A DNA stretch of 64,000 nt, taken from NCBI GenBank assembly GCA_963676395.1, contig OY781066.1, positions 1,184,001 through 1,248,000 on the forward strand, in the 5' to 3' direction. The notes under the pieces are model-generated. The model saw only the letters and a program-made list of their open reading frames with translations. It was not told the origin of the DNA and searched no databases. This document shows positions 27,499 to 37,938 of the stretch, one piece after another. Origin of the DNA: a bacterium (GTDB taxonomy: Bacteria; Fidelibacterota; Fidelibacteria; Fidelibacterales; Fidelibacteraceae). Positions within the stretch are counted from its first letter, which is position 1. Each line of letters begins with the position of its first letter. The position numbers were made by a program, and so were the translations under genes.

Positions 27499-28086
27499 CT
27501 AGACCTCCATGATCTTTTGAATGAAGTACCGGTGTATTCTTGAGTCGGGAGTAAGTTCGGGATGAAATGTTGCGGCAAGGTGTTTATCTGACTCAATTAA
27601 CACAGGTTTATTATCGCATATGGCGAGGACTTTAATATCCTTACCAATTTTAACGATTTGAGGTGCTCGAATAAAAACAGCGTGAAAATCATTGTTTTCA
27701 TCGAAGCTTAGTTTGAGCTCATCAACAAAAGAATCTTTTTGCGAACCATAGGCATTTCGCGAAACTTCTACATCCATCAATTTCAATTGTTTGACTCTAG
27801 GATCCTCGACTCCTTTTCCCATGAGGATCAATCCCGCACAGGTACCAAATAAGGGTTTGTCCTTTGCAAAATTTACGATGTCTTCATAGGAAATCCTATA
27901 ACCCATGATTTTGGTCATGGTTGTTGACTCGCCTCCGGGTAGAATCAAACCTTGAACATGAGCAAGTTGTTCCCGGTATTTAATGATCTCCGAACGTGCA
28001 CCCGCCAATTCAATTGCTTTGGCATGTTTTTCATAGGCGCCCTGAATTCCCAGGACGCCGATATTTAAATCTGAAATCTTAGTCAA
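27499..28086 (-). CDS. pdxT: PLP synthase glutaminase subunit
   Basis: LPGGESTT, FGTCAGLI, RNAYGSQ, FIRAP, FHPEL; TTG start inferred. Confidence 0.95.
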   Translation of the reverse strand: MTKISDLNIGVLGIQGAYEKHAKAIELAGARSEIIKYREQLAHVQGLILPGGESTTMTKIMGYRISYEDIVNFAKDKPLFGTCAGLILMGKGVEDPRVKQLKLMDVEVSRNAYGSQKDSFVDELKLSFDENNDFHAVFIRAPQIVKIGKDIKVLAICDNKPVLIESDKHLAATFHPELTPDSRIHRYFIQKIMEV

Positions 28087-28090
28087 TGGT

Positions 28091-28972
28091 TTACCAACCG
28101 CGTTTCGCCATTTTTTCTTTTTCTTCCAGGGCGGCGGCAGAGATGCCAACCATAGCATCTTTTAGGCCTTTGGAAACTTCAACAAGAACGGCAGGATCAT
28201 TGTAATGAGTTACTGATTTTACAATAGCTTCTGCACGTGGTTTAGGGTCATCTGATTTAAAGATGCCCGAACCGACAAAAACGGCTTCGGCACCAAGTTG
28301 CATCATAAGAGAAGCATCGGCTGGTGTAGCGACACCACCGGCAGCAAAGTTAGGAACAGGTAGTTTGCCATTTTCGGCAACATACTGTACAATAGCAAAG
28401 GGTGCGCCAAGGTTTTTGGCTGCGGCCATTAATTCCGTTTTATCCAAGGTACCTAACCATTTGATCTGATTTTGTACTTTTCTCATATGGCGAACGGCTT
28501 CAACAACATCTCCTGTACCGGGTTCGCCTTTGGTACGGATCATGGCGGCACCTTCGCCGATACGACGAAGCGCTTCACCTAAATTACGGCAACCGCATAC
28601 AAAAGGCACAGCAAAGTCATCTTTCCAAATATGATTTTCTTCATCGGCCGGAGTTAACACTTCTGATTCGTCGATAAAATCAACACCGACTTCCTGAAGG
28701 ATCTGCGCTTCGGCAAAGTGACCAATACGGCATTTAGCCATCACGGGAATAGAAACGGCTTCTTTAATTTCCATGATCATTTCCGGGTTACTCATACGTG
28801 AGATCCCACCAAATGCACGGATGTCTGCAGGAATTCGTTCAAGTGCCATCACGGCAGCAGCACCTGCATCTTCGGCAATTTTCGCCTGGTCAACATTCAT
28901 CACATCCATGATGACGCCGCCTTTGATCATTTCGGCTAAGCCGACTTTAACTTCGAATGTAGCTTTCTTCAT
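28091..28972 (-). CDS. pdxS: PLP synthase lyase subunit
   Basis: [39 protein letters not shown]; start at MKKATF. Confidence 0.98.
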   Translation of the reverse strand: MKKATFEVKVGLAEMIKGGVIMDVMNVDQAKIAEDAGAAAVMALERIPADIRAFGGISRMSNPEMIMEIKEAVSIPVMAKCRIGHFAEAQILQEVGVDFIDESEVLTPADEENHIWKDDFAVPFVCGCRNLGEALRRIGEGAAMIRTKGEPGTGDVVEAVRHMRKVQNQIKWLGTLDKTELMAAAKNLGAPFAIVQYVAENGKLPVPNFAAGGVATPADASLMMQLGAEAVFVGSGIFKSDDPKPRAEAIVKSVTHYNDPAVLVEVSKGLKDAMVGISAAALEEKEKMAKRGW

Positions 28973-28979
28973 TTTTTTA

Positions 28980-29816
28980 TTACTCCATAGTAGTTTTAAT
29001 TTTATTAACAACATCATTTATTAAAGAATCGGGCGTACTGGCTCCGGCTGAAATACCCAGAGAAGTACAGCCCTTAAGCCAAGTAAAGTTGAGATCATCA
29101 GGATGAGAGATCAAACATGCTTTACCGTTGATGGATTTTGCTACTTCGACCAATCGCTTTGAATTGGCGGAGGCACTATCTCCAACTATAAGTATACAGT
29201 CATTATTCTCTGCCAGTTCCCGGATCTCTTTTTGATTCCTTCTTGTTGGCTCACATATTGTATTTATTATACGGCAATCGCGAGATTTTGTCAATAAGAC
29301 CGAAATGATCTCTTTGACATTTTCAATATTCTGAGTGCTTTGAATAATCACACCCGATCGCTGTTGTATTTTATATTTTTTTATATCTTCGGTCCCCGAA
29401 AGCACACATGCGTTGGAAACCTGGGATCTGATCCCAATGATTTCATCATGTTTTTGGTCGCCGATGATAATAACTTGACGACTCTCAGATTCCAATTCTC
29501 GCGCATGAATATGAATGTCTTTAACCAAAGGACAGGTAGCATCAATGAGTGTCAAACCCATTTGATGTGCTTTTTCTATCATGGATTTATCTGTTCCATG
29601 AGCCCTTAAAAGCAAGGGCATATTATTTACGTCGGTTAAAGAATCCACAAAAACCAAACCTTTGCCTTTTAGTGCGTCCATCACAACCTTGTTGTGGACT
29701 AGGTCTCCGGTTACCGCGACTGAACCATAAGCTTCAAGAGCATCTTCAGCTTTCTTGACTGCCAGTCTTACGCCGGTGCAAAATCCGCAATGTTTTGCAA
29801 TGTTAATTTTCACCAA
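28980..29816 (-). CDS. ispH: 4-hydroxy-3-methylbut-2-enyl diphosphate reductase
   Basis: GFCTGV, LVHN, RAHG, DATCPLV, NTICEPT, SANS, SAGASTP. Confidence 0.96.
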   Translation of the reverse strand: MVKINIAKHCGFCTGVRLAVKKAEDALEAYGSVAVTGDLVHNKVVMDALKGKGLVFVDSLTDVNNMPLLLRAHGTDKSMIEKAHQMGLTLIDATCPLVKDIHIHARELESESRQVIIIGDQKHDEIIGIRSQVSNACVLSGTEDIKKYKIQQRSGVIIQSTQNIENVKEIISVLLTKSRDCRIINTICEPTRRNQKEIRELAENNDCILIVGDSASANSKRLVEVAKSINGKACLISHPDDLNFTWLKGCTSLGISAGASTPDSLINDVVNKIKTTME

Positions 29817-30822
29817 AGGTCTCTTTTACTTGCCTGTGCATATCTTCCAGCACACATTTTTTTATTTCATCCATCGTTTTTTCCGATACGATCCCGGAGG
29901 CATGTAAATGTCCGCCTCCACCGTATTGGCGTGCGATACCGTTGGTAACCACTTTTCCCTTCGAGCGGAAATTGATACGTGTGGAACCATCGGGTCGTTC
30001 CTTGAACATGATCGCAACTTCCACACCTTCGATCATACGCATAAAGTCGGTAACGCCCTCGGTATCCATATCACCTGCACCGGCATCGTTTAGCATTTTT
30101 CTGGTGATCTCAAACCATACAATGCGCCCGTCTTCGGAAAAATGCAGGTTTTGCATTATCGTTGAGAACAGCTTTATGCCTGTGCGGGACATGTTACCAA
30201 ATAAATTAATGTAAATACGGTAGATGTCAATATTGTATTTCAAAAGGTCGGCAGCTACCGCATGCGAATATTGTGTAGTATTCCCGAAGCGGAAATTACC
30301 CGTATCTCCGGCAATGGCGGTATAAAGAGATTGTGCCATAAACTGATCCATATGTTCGGGATAACAGCAATTAATAAATTCGTACACCATTTTTCCCACG
30401 GAACAATCTTTTTCGTTAACGATCTCTTGAAGATAGTTGGGATTGTTTTCGGGAGGATGGTGATCGATGGCAATAATAGAAAGCTTTGCCGCTAAAACAT
30501 CTTTGCCCAATTGACCGATCCTTAAAAAAGAGCCGGCATCAAGAACTATAAGTTGATCTGCTTTTGAAATGATATCACGATGTTCCGAAGGAATATAGCG
30601 TTTACATAGACCCTCAGGGTCCATAAATTTAAGGCTGTCCGGTGTGGGAGAAATGTTAAAAACAAAAACCTCTTTGTGAAGTTTTTTTAATAAATGATAC
30701 AAAGCCAGTTCCGAGCCCAAACCGTCAGCGTCCGGGTTCTGGTGCGTTGTGATCACAAAAGATTCCGCGAATTGGATCCTTTGTTTTAGTTCTTGCCATT
30801 GTCGTTGTAATTCATTTTTCAT
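29803..30822 (-). CDS. nrnA: DHH/DHHA1 phosphoesterase (NrnA-like)
   Basis: HQNPDADGLGS, IDHH, DTGNFRF, GGGGHLHASG; start at MKNEL. Confidence 0.88.
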   Translation of the reverse strand: MKNELQRQWQELKQRIQFAESFVITTHQNPDADGLGSELALYHLLKKLHKEVFVFNISPTPDSLKFMDPEGLCKRYIPSEHRDIISKADQLIVLDAGSFLRIGQLGKDVLAAKLSIIAIDHHPPENNPNYLQEIVNEKDCSVGKMVYEFINCCYPEHMDQFMAQSLYTAIAGDTGNFRFGNTTQYSHAVAADLLKYNIDIYRIYINLFGNMSRTGIKLFSTIMQNLHFSEDGRIVWFEITRKMLNDAGAGDMDTEGVTDFMRMIEGVEVAIMFKERPDGSTRINFRSKGKVVTNGIARQYGGGGHLHASGIVSEKTMDEIKKCVLEDMHRQVKETFGEN

Positions 30823-30910
30823 TGTATTGTCCAAAAAGCTCCAAATAGCCCTTATTTTAAGGAAAATTTTAACGAAAGACAAATAGCATGTTAGAAATAA
30901 TAACCATAAG

Positions 30911-30935
30911 AAAAAAGCTCTCAAAAATGAGAGCT
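30911..30935 (-). terminator. Terminator downstream of hcp
   Basis: AGCTCTCA-aaaa-TGAGAGCT hairpin with A-run (U-run on the minus strand). Confidence 0.6.
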
Positions 30936-30952
30936 CCTCTCGTTCGCTATTT

Positions 30953-30972
30953 TGTGTGACCCTTGTCACACA
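30953..30972. promoter_or_regulatory. Crp/Fnr (HcpR-type) palindrome
   Basis: TGTGTGAC-cctt-GTCACACA, contains TGTGA-N6-TCACA. Confidence 0.55.
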
Positions 30973-30982
30973 GTAATAAAAG

Positions 30983-31461
30983 CTATCCTACCATCTTAGC
31001 AATATCTTCATCTACCGTTGTAATTCCCGCGATGCCAAAATTCTCAACCAATACATTCACTACATTGGGTGAAAGGAAAGCAGGCAGTGTGGGGCCGAGG
31101 TGAATATTTTTTACACCGAGGTAGAGCAGGGCCAATAAAACGATCACGGCTTTCTGTTCGTACCAGGCAATATTGTAAGCGATAGGAAGCTCATTGATAT
31201 CGTTCAATTCAAAGACTTCCTTCAACTTCAGTGCGATCACTGCCAGTGAATAAGAGTCGTTACATTGTCCTGCATCGAGCACGCGGGGAATACCACCGAT
31301 ATCACCCAAAGGCAATTTATTGTAGCGGTATTTTGCACAACCTGCTGTAAGGATAACCGTATCTTTGGGAAGTTTTTCGGCGAATTCCGTGTAGTAATCG
31401 CGGTCTTTCATGCGGCCGTCGCAACCGGCCATGACCAAGAATTTGCGGATGGCGCCTGCAT
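30983..31461 (-). pseudogene. hcp: Hybrid cluster protein, C-terminal ~160 aa only
   Basis: [51 protein letters not shown]; the N-terminal ~390 aa of a typical Hcp are missing. Confidence 0.9.
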
Positions 31462-31880
31462 TTATTTTTGGTGGAGACCGACATTACCCCGTAGACATAA
31501 TTGCCAACGATACGACAAAATGTATATATTTGGGACGTGAGTCGTTTGAAAAAATATTACAAATGAACAAGCAGGTTGGAGATAATTTTAGAAATATCAT
31601 TGCAACAAAAACACAATTTCTATCCAACAAGATAAAGTTCTTAGCGCTCCAGCCAATAAAGGGGAAGATCGCAAGTTATCTTTTAACTCGTACAAAAAAC
31701 AATCCGGAAAACACTGTTTTATTACCCTATTCTCAGGATAAGTTGGCAGATCTTTTTGGGGTGACGCGTCCTTCACTTACTCGTGCAATGCGCGAATTAG
31801 TACAGGACAAGATTATTGATGCACAAGGAAAAAAGGTAAGCATTTTGGATCGTGATAGACTAGAAAACTATATTCAGTGA
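31449..31880 (+). pseudogene. Crp/Fnr family regulator (HcpR-like), N-terminally truncated
   Basis: APAFIFG...YPV, IKGKIASYLL, HTH SQDKLADLFGVTRPSLTR; most of the cNMP-binding domain is absent. Confidence 0.85.
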
Positions 31881-31961
31881 TACCTAATCTGCGATCTTAG
31901 AGTTTATGCAGCCAATTTAAAACACCTGTAACGATTTATAACCCTTAATTTTAATTAGAAA

Positions 31962-31977
31962 CGTGACGTAGGTCACA
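31962..31977. promoter_or_regulatory. Crp/Fnr (HcpR-type) palindrome
   Basis: CGTGAC-gtag-GTCACA upstream of the DUF2851 gene. Confidence 0.5.
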
Positions 31978-32029
31978 CTTTAAAAATCACCCTTTTTTAC
32001 TCAAAAATTTGGATGTAAATTCTTGCAGT

Positions 32030-33271
32030 ATGGGGACGATATACTGCAAAAATTTCACACCTTATTTAGAGGTTTTCGAACCACGCACTGCATATATTTC
32101 AGAGTTAAGGCTTCAATATGTCTGGAAGCAAATTCTTTGGAATAATCCTTTAGAGGACGATCGAGGTAGGAGTATTCGCGTGCTTTCCGTTGGAAGACAT
32201 AATCATAGCGATGGTCCGGATTTTTTGGATGCACGCATAACGATAGATGGAAAATTAAGCATTGGAGATATCGAGATTCACTTTAGAGCATCCGATTGGT
32301 ATGCCCATAAACACCAATTGGATGAACGATATAACAACTGTATTCTGCATGTTGTTTTTCAAGATCCCGGCTCTTCGGCTATTGCCAAAACACAAAATGG
32401 AGCAAGGCTACCTGTTTGTTATATTCCATTAGATGATGTCTATGATTATGAAGCTCCCGGTTCCTGTCGGATATTTAAGGCCAACAAGGAGTCATATTAC
32501 AAATTATTATTTAAACGAGGATGGGATAGATTTAATAAAAAAGTAAAATATTTTTACGAGAACAGATCCCGGTTTCCTCGTGATGTGATGCTTTACTGGG
32601 GGTTGTTTAAAGGCAGCGGTTATAGATATAACGAAGAAAATATGATCAAGCTATTTCTACGCTTTCCATGGGCGGCATTTTGTGATCAATTATTGGATAA
32701 GAATGATATTCATCCTATGCTTAATGAATTAGCAGGGTTTACAAATTTTAATCATGATGAAAACAGAATTAAGTGGACGTATTCAAGAACACGACCTGCT
32801 CATTTTCCCGAAAGACGCATAGCGTGGTTAGCAAACTTAATGTATAAGAATTATCGTTCTTCACTTTGCGATATTATATATGAGAATTGTAAAAATAAAA
32901 ATACAGTTAAACCGGTCAGGGATATATTGTTTAATACACGTTTGTTAAATATCCCGGGACCCGGTATACAATTGGAAATAATACTCAATACCGTGTTGCC
33001 CTTGCTTGAATCTATTCGCATGGAAAACAAAGATAAGGATTCTATGAAATTATTGATAAAAAATTTTGTGGAATCCGCAAAGATGCCTCATGTATATGGT
33101 GTGGTGCGGCGATTTCACGACAAACATGGGATTTCCCAAAATGATATAGAACAAAGATCCTGGATTGTTTCTCAAGGAGTTTTGTCAATTCATGAACACT
33201 ATTGTTCTCAAGGAGGGCAATTAAAATGTCCGATTTGTTTAATGAATGAGGATAAAGTAACTCAACATTGA
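32030..33271 (+). CDS. DUF2851 family protein
   Basis: E.RLQYVW, GRHNHSDGPDFLDA, GDIEIH..ASDWYAHKHQLD, ILHVV, RPAHFPERR, C-terminal C..CPIC; start uncertain. Confidence 0.85.
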   Translation: MGTIYCKNFTPYLEVFEPRTAYISELRLQYVWKQILWNNPLEDDRGRSIRVLSVGRHNHSDGPDFLDARITIDGKLSIGDIEIHFRASDWYAHKHQLDERYNNCILHVVFQDPGSSAIAKTQNGARLPVCYIPLDDVYDYEAPGSCRIFKANKESYYKLLFKRGWDRFNKKVKYFYENRSRFPRDVMLYWGLFKGSGYRYNEENMIKLFLRFPWAAFCDQLLDKNDIHPMLNELAGFTNFNHDENRIKWTYSRTRPAHFPERRIAWLANLMYKNYRSSLCDIIYENCKNKNTVKPVRDILFNTRLLNIPGPGIQLEIILNTVLPLLESIRMENKDKDSMKLLIKNFVESAKMPHVYGVVRRFHDKHGISQNDIEQRSWIVSQGVLSIHEHYCSQGGQLKCPICLMNEDKVTQH

Positions 33272-33383
33272 ATATTTATTAAGGAAAATGATATTAAGAG
33301 TTAATCTTATCACTTTCAACTGCCAATAGACTCCACGTATTTTTTCATTTTTTCACTGCCGAAAAATCCCTACATTTCAAATT

Positions 33384-33881
33384 ATGAAAAACTACTATTC
33401 AAGTACAGAATGGGCGACTCTAAAACAGCTTGTTGATGAAAAAAAAAATATGGGTGAGAAGCTGGTTTTTACCAATGGTTGTTATGATATTTTACATCCC
33501 GGACACCTTGCGCTTCTTAGTTTTGCAAAGAAACAAGGTGAATTCGTTGTGCTTGGTTTAAATAGCGATGAGAGTGTACGTCGTTTAAAAGGTAAATCTC
33601 GTCCTGTGAATTCTGAGATTATTCGTGCAAAAAATCTTTTAGATACAGCTTTAATTGATGCTGTGGTCGTGTATGAAGAAGATACTCCGCAGGAAATTAC
33701 CGATTATTTTAAACCGGATATTTTAATTAAGGGTGGTGATTATAGCATTGAGACTATCGTTGGTGCACCTGAAGTTGTCGCGCGAGGTGGAGAAGTACTC
33801 ATATTTCCCTTGTTGCAAGGACATTCAACAAGTAGAATAATTGAGGAAGAGAGAAAAAACAAAGAAACAAATCAATTTTAA
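33384..33881 (+). CDS. rfaE2: D-glycero-beta-D-manno-heptose 1-phosphate adenylyltransferase (RfaE domain II)
   Basis: FTNGCYDILHPGH, GLNSDESVRRLKG..RP, KGGDY, HSTS. Confidence 0.93.
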   Translation: MKNYYSSTEWATLKQLVDEKKNMGEKLVFTNGCYDILHPGHLALLSFAKKQGEFVVLGLNSDESVRRLKGKSRPVNSEIIRAKNLLDTALIDAVVVYEEDTPQEITDYFKPDILIKGGDYSIETIVGAPEVVARGGEVLIFPLLQGHSTSRIIEEERKNKETNQF

Positions 33882-33883
33882 GG

Positions 33884-34783
33884 GTGTTGTTGTTTATGAT
33901 GAAACGAAATATTCAAAAGACGATCTTTGCATTTATAATGCTTCTTGTATTTAGCATTCCAAGTCTTTATGCCGCGGATGTTATGAAAATCTTGGAAGGT
34001 TATGGTCGTGATTCAATTTCAACATTTTCCACGCAGCACGCACAATCTGAAGCAGCAAAAGTCTTTAATTTACTTTTGGAATCCAATGGCGAGATAACCG
34101 CCGAAAAATCTGAAGAATATTTGAATAAAAGTCAATCTCCAACAATGAAAGCATATTTGGCAGTGATATTGGCAGATTATGCTTTTGTAAATTATAATTT
34201 TGACAGTGGCTTGCGTTATTTAAAACGAGCGGTTGAGGAATACGATGACATCAGAAATGATAGTTATTATCGTCTTGTTTTATCACGGGCGCAAAAAGCT
34301 ATTCTTGAATCACCGGGGAAATCAGGAGATCGGAAGGCGTCGGTTTTAGATAACTACTCACCTCGTGCCTATACAAAAGCTCCCAGTATAAAGAAGCAGG
34401 ATGTTAAAGCGGTTCAAGAAGCAAAAAAAACGATACCCAAGCCCGCAGAAAATATGGTTATACAAAATGAAGAATCTCAAAACCCACTTGAAACAAAACC
34501 TGTAGAACAAGATAAACCCACAACGTCTCCCGAGGTAGTAAAAACCATAAATTATCGTATGCAAATTGGAGCTTTTGGTGTTCAAGAAAACGCACTGAGA
34601 AAGCAGGTGTTTTTTGAAGAATTTGGGTATCCGGTACACATTGAACATAGAAAATCAAACGGAAAGACACTGTATTTGGTTCAGGTTGGTGAGTTTGTTA
34701 CTTATCAAGAGGCCAAAGCGGGATTATCTCGCCTTAAATCAAGCTTTCCTTCCGAAGATGGAATTGTTGTAAAGGTAAAATAA
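33884..34783 (+). CDS. SPOR-domain periplasmic protein
   Basis: Signal peptide, TPR-like helix, low-complexity linker, C-terminal YRMQIGAF...NA...YLVQVGEF. Confidence 0.8.
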   Translation: MLLFMMKRNIQKTIFAFIMLLVFSIPSLYAADVMKILEGYGRDSISTFSTQHAQSEAAKVFNLLLESNGEITAEKSEEYLNKSQSPTMKAYLAVILADYAFVNYNFDSGLRYLKRAVEEYDDIRNDSYYRLVLSRAQKAILESPGKSGDRKASVLDNYSPRAYTKAPSIKKQDVKAVQEAKKTIPKPAENMVIQNEESQNPLETKPVEQDKPTTSPEVVKTINYRMQIGAFGVQENALRKQVFFEEFGYPVHIEHRKSNGKTLYLVQVGEFVTYQEAKAGLSRLKSSFPSEDGIVVKVK

Positions 34784-34785
34784 TA

Positions 34786-37140
34786 ATGAAATCATATCGT
34801 ATTTTAATATTGCTGTTGTTAACAAGCATTACTTTGGTATATGCCATTGTTGGGGATTGGGTTTCGTATGGGTCAAAATTAACCCAATGGGATTTATATT
34901 TAGTTGATGGAAATATTAAGTCGGCTTCTCACGGCGGTACCGTGATGTTCAACCCTGATAATGAGGTGTTTATTAATGACCCTTTCGCAGATAAATTAGC
35001 TCATATAGATATTCTTTCGATGTATATAAATACTGATGGTAGTCAGTGGTATTCATATGCTTCGGGGGTAAAAGGTATTTCGTGCTTGAATCCCAATGGT
35101 AATAATGAATACTTTGATCTTGATTTTTCTCAAGGAAATGCCTTTGCCGGAAGAGACGGTCATGTGTTTTTATTGTATCAACCCGATCTAACGCCTCAAT
35201 TGGCACATTTTGTTAAATATCGTGAGAGTTATATTTACCACGATTCATATAATCAATTTCCGGGTAATCCCACACAGATTTATGATCTTCAAGTATTAGG
35301 TGATAGTTTGTTTTTGTCTACAGATGTTGGCTTGATTAAAGCCTGGGTTGGCAATACAAATCTAAAACCGCAAAGCGCATGGGAGAGCGTTGTTCTAGAA
35401 ACAAATGGACTCCCCATTGCCCTGGGTGGTGTTAATGATACTCTTTATTGGGCGGATGATAGTAGTAAGATATTTAAGTATGCAGAGGGTGTTTCTAGTG
35501 AAATAATGTCATTTACCGGCGAGGTTGTAGATTTCAATATTAAGGATAATGGTTTGAGTTTTGCTTCAACGTCAGGTGTATATGACTTAATTGACGAATC
35601 AAGAGTATATCAAGCTCAAACAAATATTACAGGTATTTTGTTTGAAGGTGATACTTTATGGGTTGCAGAAGAGGGTAAGGGACTTTGCCGGATTTTACCT
35701 TCGGCTCAAGCCGGTAAGCGCTTTATTCCCAATACTATGAATGATCTTACTGCAAATTCTTTGGAGATTGATGTTGACCATAAGGTTTATGTATCAGGAT
35801 TGGAAGGTGTTGCGATTCTAGATGGTGATAGTTGGCACAATTTGGTATATTCGCCATATGTAGAAGAGATACATGATAAAATTCATTCGGATAAATATTC
35901 TGCAGACACATTAAATATTGCCTATCACGGTGGTTCAGGTGAAAGATTGGTTTATGATGCCATGATTTCTTCTTCGGGGAAACTGTATTCAACCATAACT
36001 CATTGCAGAATTAAACCGGTTCCCGGGCAGTCGGAGAACGCAAAAGGGCCGGGTGCATTATATGAGATTGATTTAAATGATTATTCAAACTACGAAGCCT
36101 ATGATACAACGAATAATATGTTCGAAGGAACTCAAGGTCTGGGAGCAGGTTCTGAGTCGTATTTGATAATGGGTGGTATTGCAGAGTACAATAAAAATAT
36201 CTATGTGTTAAATCGACATACCCTTCTTGGAGAAACACTGGTACGCCTGAGTCCTAATGGAAATGTTCGCCGATATTCAAAAGAAGATTCAAATGACTAC
36301 CTTCAGGTATTGGCGAGAGAAATGGTGGTCGACAGATTCGGTAGGATATGGATAGCTAATCAGGCCAGACAGGAAGATGTTCCCCGGACAGACGGAGGTA
36401 TTACGGTTTATGATCCCAATAGTAATAATTGGGCGATTTTAAACACTTATGATGGATTAATATCTAATGATGTTTATTCTCTGGATGTTGACCCTCTGAC
36501 CGGTAATATTTGGGCAGCAACCGCTGCCGGCGTCCAGATGATTTACTTGCCGTCATCAATTTCATCTACAACTGATTTTACTCTTAACCCCGAGATATCA
36601 GGTTTGGATAATATGGTTCCCGTTAAGATCAGGATTGATTCTCAAAGCAATAAATGGATTATAACTCAAAGTCAGGGTGTTCAAATTTATATGTCAAATA
36701 ACCGTTATTATAATGATGGAGCCGGTTTGAAGACGGAAAACTCCGGACTTCTTGATAATGTGGTTTTTGATGTGGTTTTCGATTCAAAAAACGGGTACGC
36801 ATATTTACTTACTGCTTCCGGATTGAATCGATTTGAAATAGCATGGACAGAAGAACAGGGAAGCATGGATGATGTCATTGTTTTTCCACAACCGTTTAGG
36901 CCGGGTGTAGACCCGTATATTGCATTTGATGGATTAGCAGAGCAGAGCCATGTTCGCATTACAAGTATTGATGGTCGGGTTATTCATACATTTGATTCCG
37001 ATTCAGAAAACAATTTCGAAAAACAGGTTGTTTGGGACGGGAAGCTGGCAAATGGTGAATATATTTCTCGCGGTGTTTATTTAGCTTTTGTTACAAATAT
37101 TGATGGATTAAAAGCCAGCGTAAAATTTGCCGTAGAATAA
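34786..37140 (+). CDS. PorZ-like beta-propeller protein with C-terminal sorting/FlgD-Ig domain
   Basis: GDWVSY N-terminus, two-component-propeller repeats (DGLISNDVYSL, NSGLLDN.V), FPQPFRP...WDGK...GVYL. Confidence 0.7.
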   Translation: MKSYRILILLLLTSITLVYAIVGDWVSYGSKLTQWDLYLVDGNIKSASHGGTVMFNPDNEVFINDPFADKLAHIDILSMYINTDGSQWYSYASGVKGISCLNPNGNNEYFDLDFSQGNAFAGRDGHVFLLYQPDLTPQLAHFVKYRESYIYHDSYNQFPGNPTQIYDLQVLGDSLFLSTDVGLIKAWVGNTNLKPQSAWESVVLETNGLPIALGGVNDTLYWADDSSKIFKYAEGVSSEIMSFTGEVVDFNIKDNGLSFASTSGVYDLIDESRVYQAQTNITGILFEGDTLWVAEEGKGLCRILPSAQAGKRFIPNTMNDLTANSLEIDVDHKVYVSGLEGVAILDGDSWHNLVYSPYVEEIHDKIHSDKYSADTLNIAYHGGSGERLVYDAMISSSGKLYSTITHCRIKPVPGQSENAKGPGALYEIDLNDYSNYEAYDTTNNMFEGTQGLGAGSESYLIMGGIAEYNKNIYVLNRHTLLGETLVRLSPNGNVRRYSKEDSNDYLQVLAREMVVDRFGRIWIANQARQEDVPRTDGGITVYDPNSNNWAILNTYDGLISNDVYSLDVDPLTGNIWAATAAGVQMIYLPSSISSTTDFTLNPEISGLDNMVPVKIRIDSQSNKWIITQSQGVQIYMSNNRYYNDGAGLKTENSGLLDNVVFDVVFDSKNGYAYLLTASGLNRFEIAWTEEQGSMDDVIVFPQPFRPGVDPYIAFDGLAEQSHVRITSIDGRVIHTFDSDSENNFEKQVVWDGKLANGEYISRGVYLAFVTNIDGLKASVKFAVE

Positions 37141-37152
37141 TAATAAATTATA

Positions 37153-37887
37153 ATGGAAACTGTGGAAAAGATCATTGGGTCTCATTTATATATGATAGAT
37201 GAGATTGATTCTACAAACAAAGAGTTATTAGAAAATGTTCAAAAGTATGAACACGGTTCATTGCTTTGTGCAAAAAAACAGAATGCCGGCAGAGGACGCT
37301 ATAAGCGAGAGTGGAAGTCACAAGAAGGTGGCTTATATTTCTCATATATCTTGAAAGATCAACAGAGTATAACAAATATTTATCCTATGGTTCTGCTTAC
37401 TGCATTGGCTGTCGTTCGATCAATATCATTTTGTTCGATCAAAGGTATTGCTATAAAGTGGCCAAATGATATCTATGTAAACCATAGAAAGCTTTGTGGT
37501 ATATTGGCAGAATCGGTGAGTATGGGAAATAAGAGTCATGTTGTCGTTGGTGTGGGGCTTAACGTGAATAATCACGTTGCAAACTTGGAAGATTTGCGCC
37601 ATCCGGCTGTTTCACTGAAAGAGTGCAGTGGCGCGACTGTTGATGTTTTTCAGGTGTTGGAATATATTATCGAAGAGCTCAATAGCCTTTATTTCCTATT
37701 TAAGCAAGAAAGATTTTCAGAGCTATTACCTGAATTGAATCGCTATTTATATTCAAAGGATTCCCAAATCGAAATACAAACTCCTTCTGGAAAAAAAACA
37801 ATAATACCTTTAGCTTTTACAAATGATGCGAAATTACACTGTCTTGAAAGCGGGAAAGAGATAGATTTATTTATGGGTGAATTTTAA
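37153..37887 (+). CDS. birA: Biotin--protein ligase (no HTH)
   Basis: IDSTN, QNAGRGR..REW, KWPNDI, KLCGILAE, GVGLNV. Confidence 0.95.
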   Translation: METVEKIIGSHLYMIDEIDSTNKELLENVQKYEHGSLLCAKKQNAGRGRYKREWKSQEGGLYFSYILKDQQSITNIYPMVLLTALAVVRSISFCSIKGIAIKWPNDIYVNHRKLCGILAESVSMGNKSHVVVGVGLNVNNHVANLEDLRHPAVSLKECSGATVDVFQVLEYIIEELNSLYFLFKQERFSELLPELNRYLYSKDSQIEIQTPSGKKTIIPLAFTNDAKLHCLESGKEIDLFMGEF

Positions 37888-37938
37888 TATTGTTGTGACC
37901 AGAAAAACTGCTTTTAAATGGAATAAGAATTACGCCCT

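Noticed and set aside
30823..30969. 49-aa N-terminal extension of the DHH protein (similar over-long starts for pdxS, pdxT, liaF-like, surA, GntR, permease, alaS and the C10 peptidase)
   Set aside because: Longest-ORF artefacts running through terminators, operators or upstream genes; downstream starts fit family length and RBS better
31410..31448. N-terminal 13 codons of the tracked 156-aa Crp ORF
   Set aside because: These bases are antisense hcp sequence left of the junction, not Crp-derived
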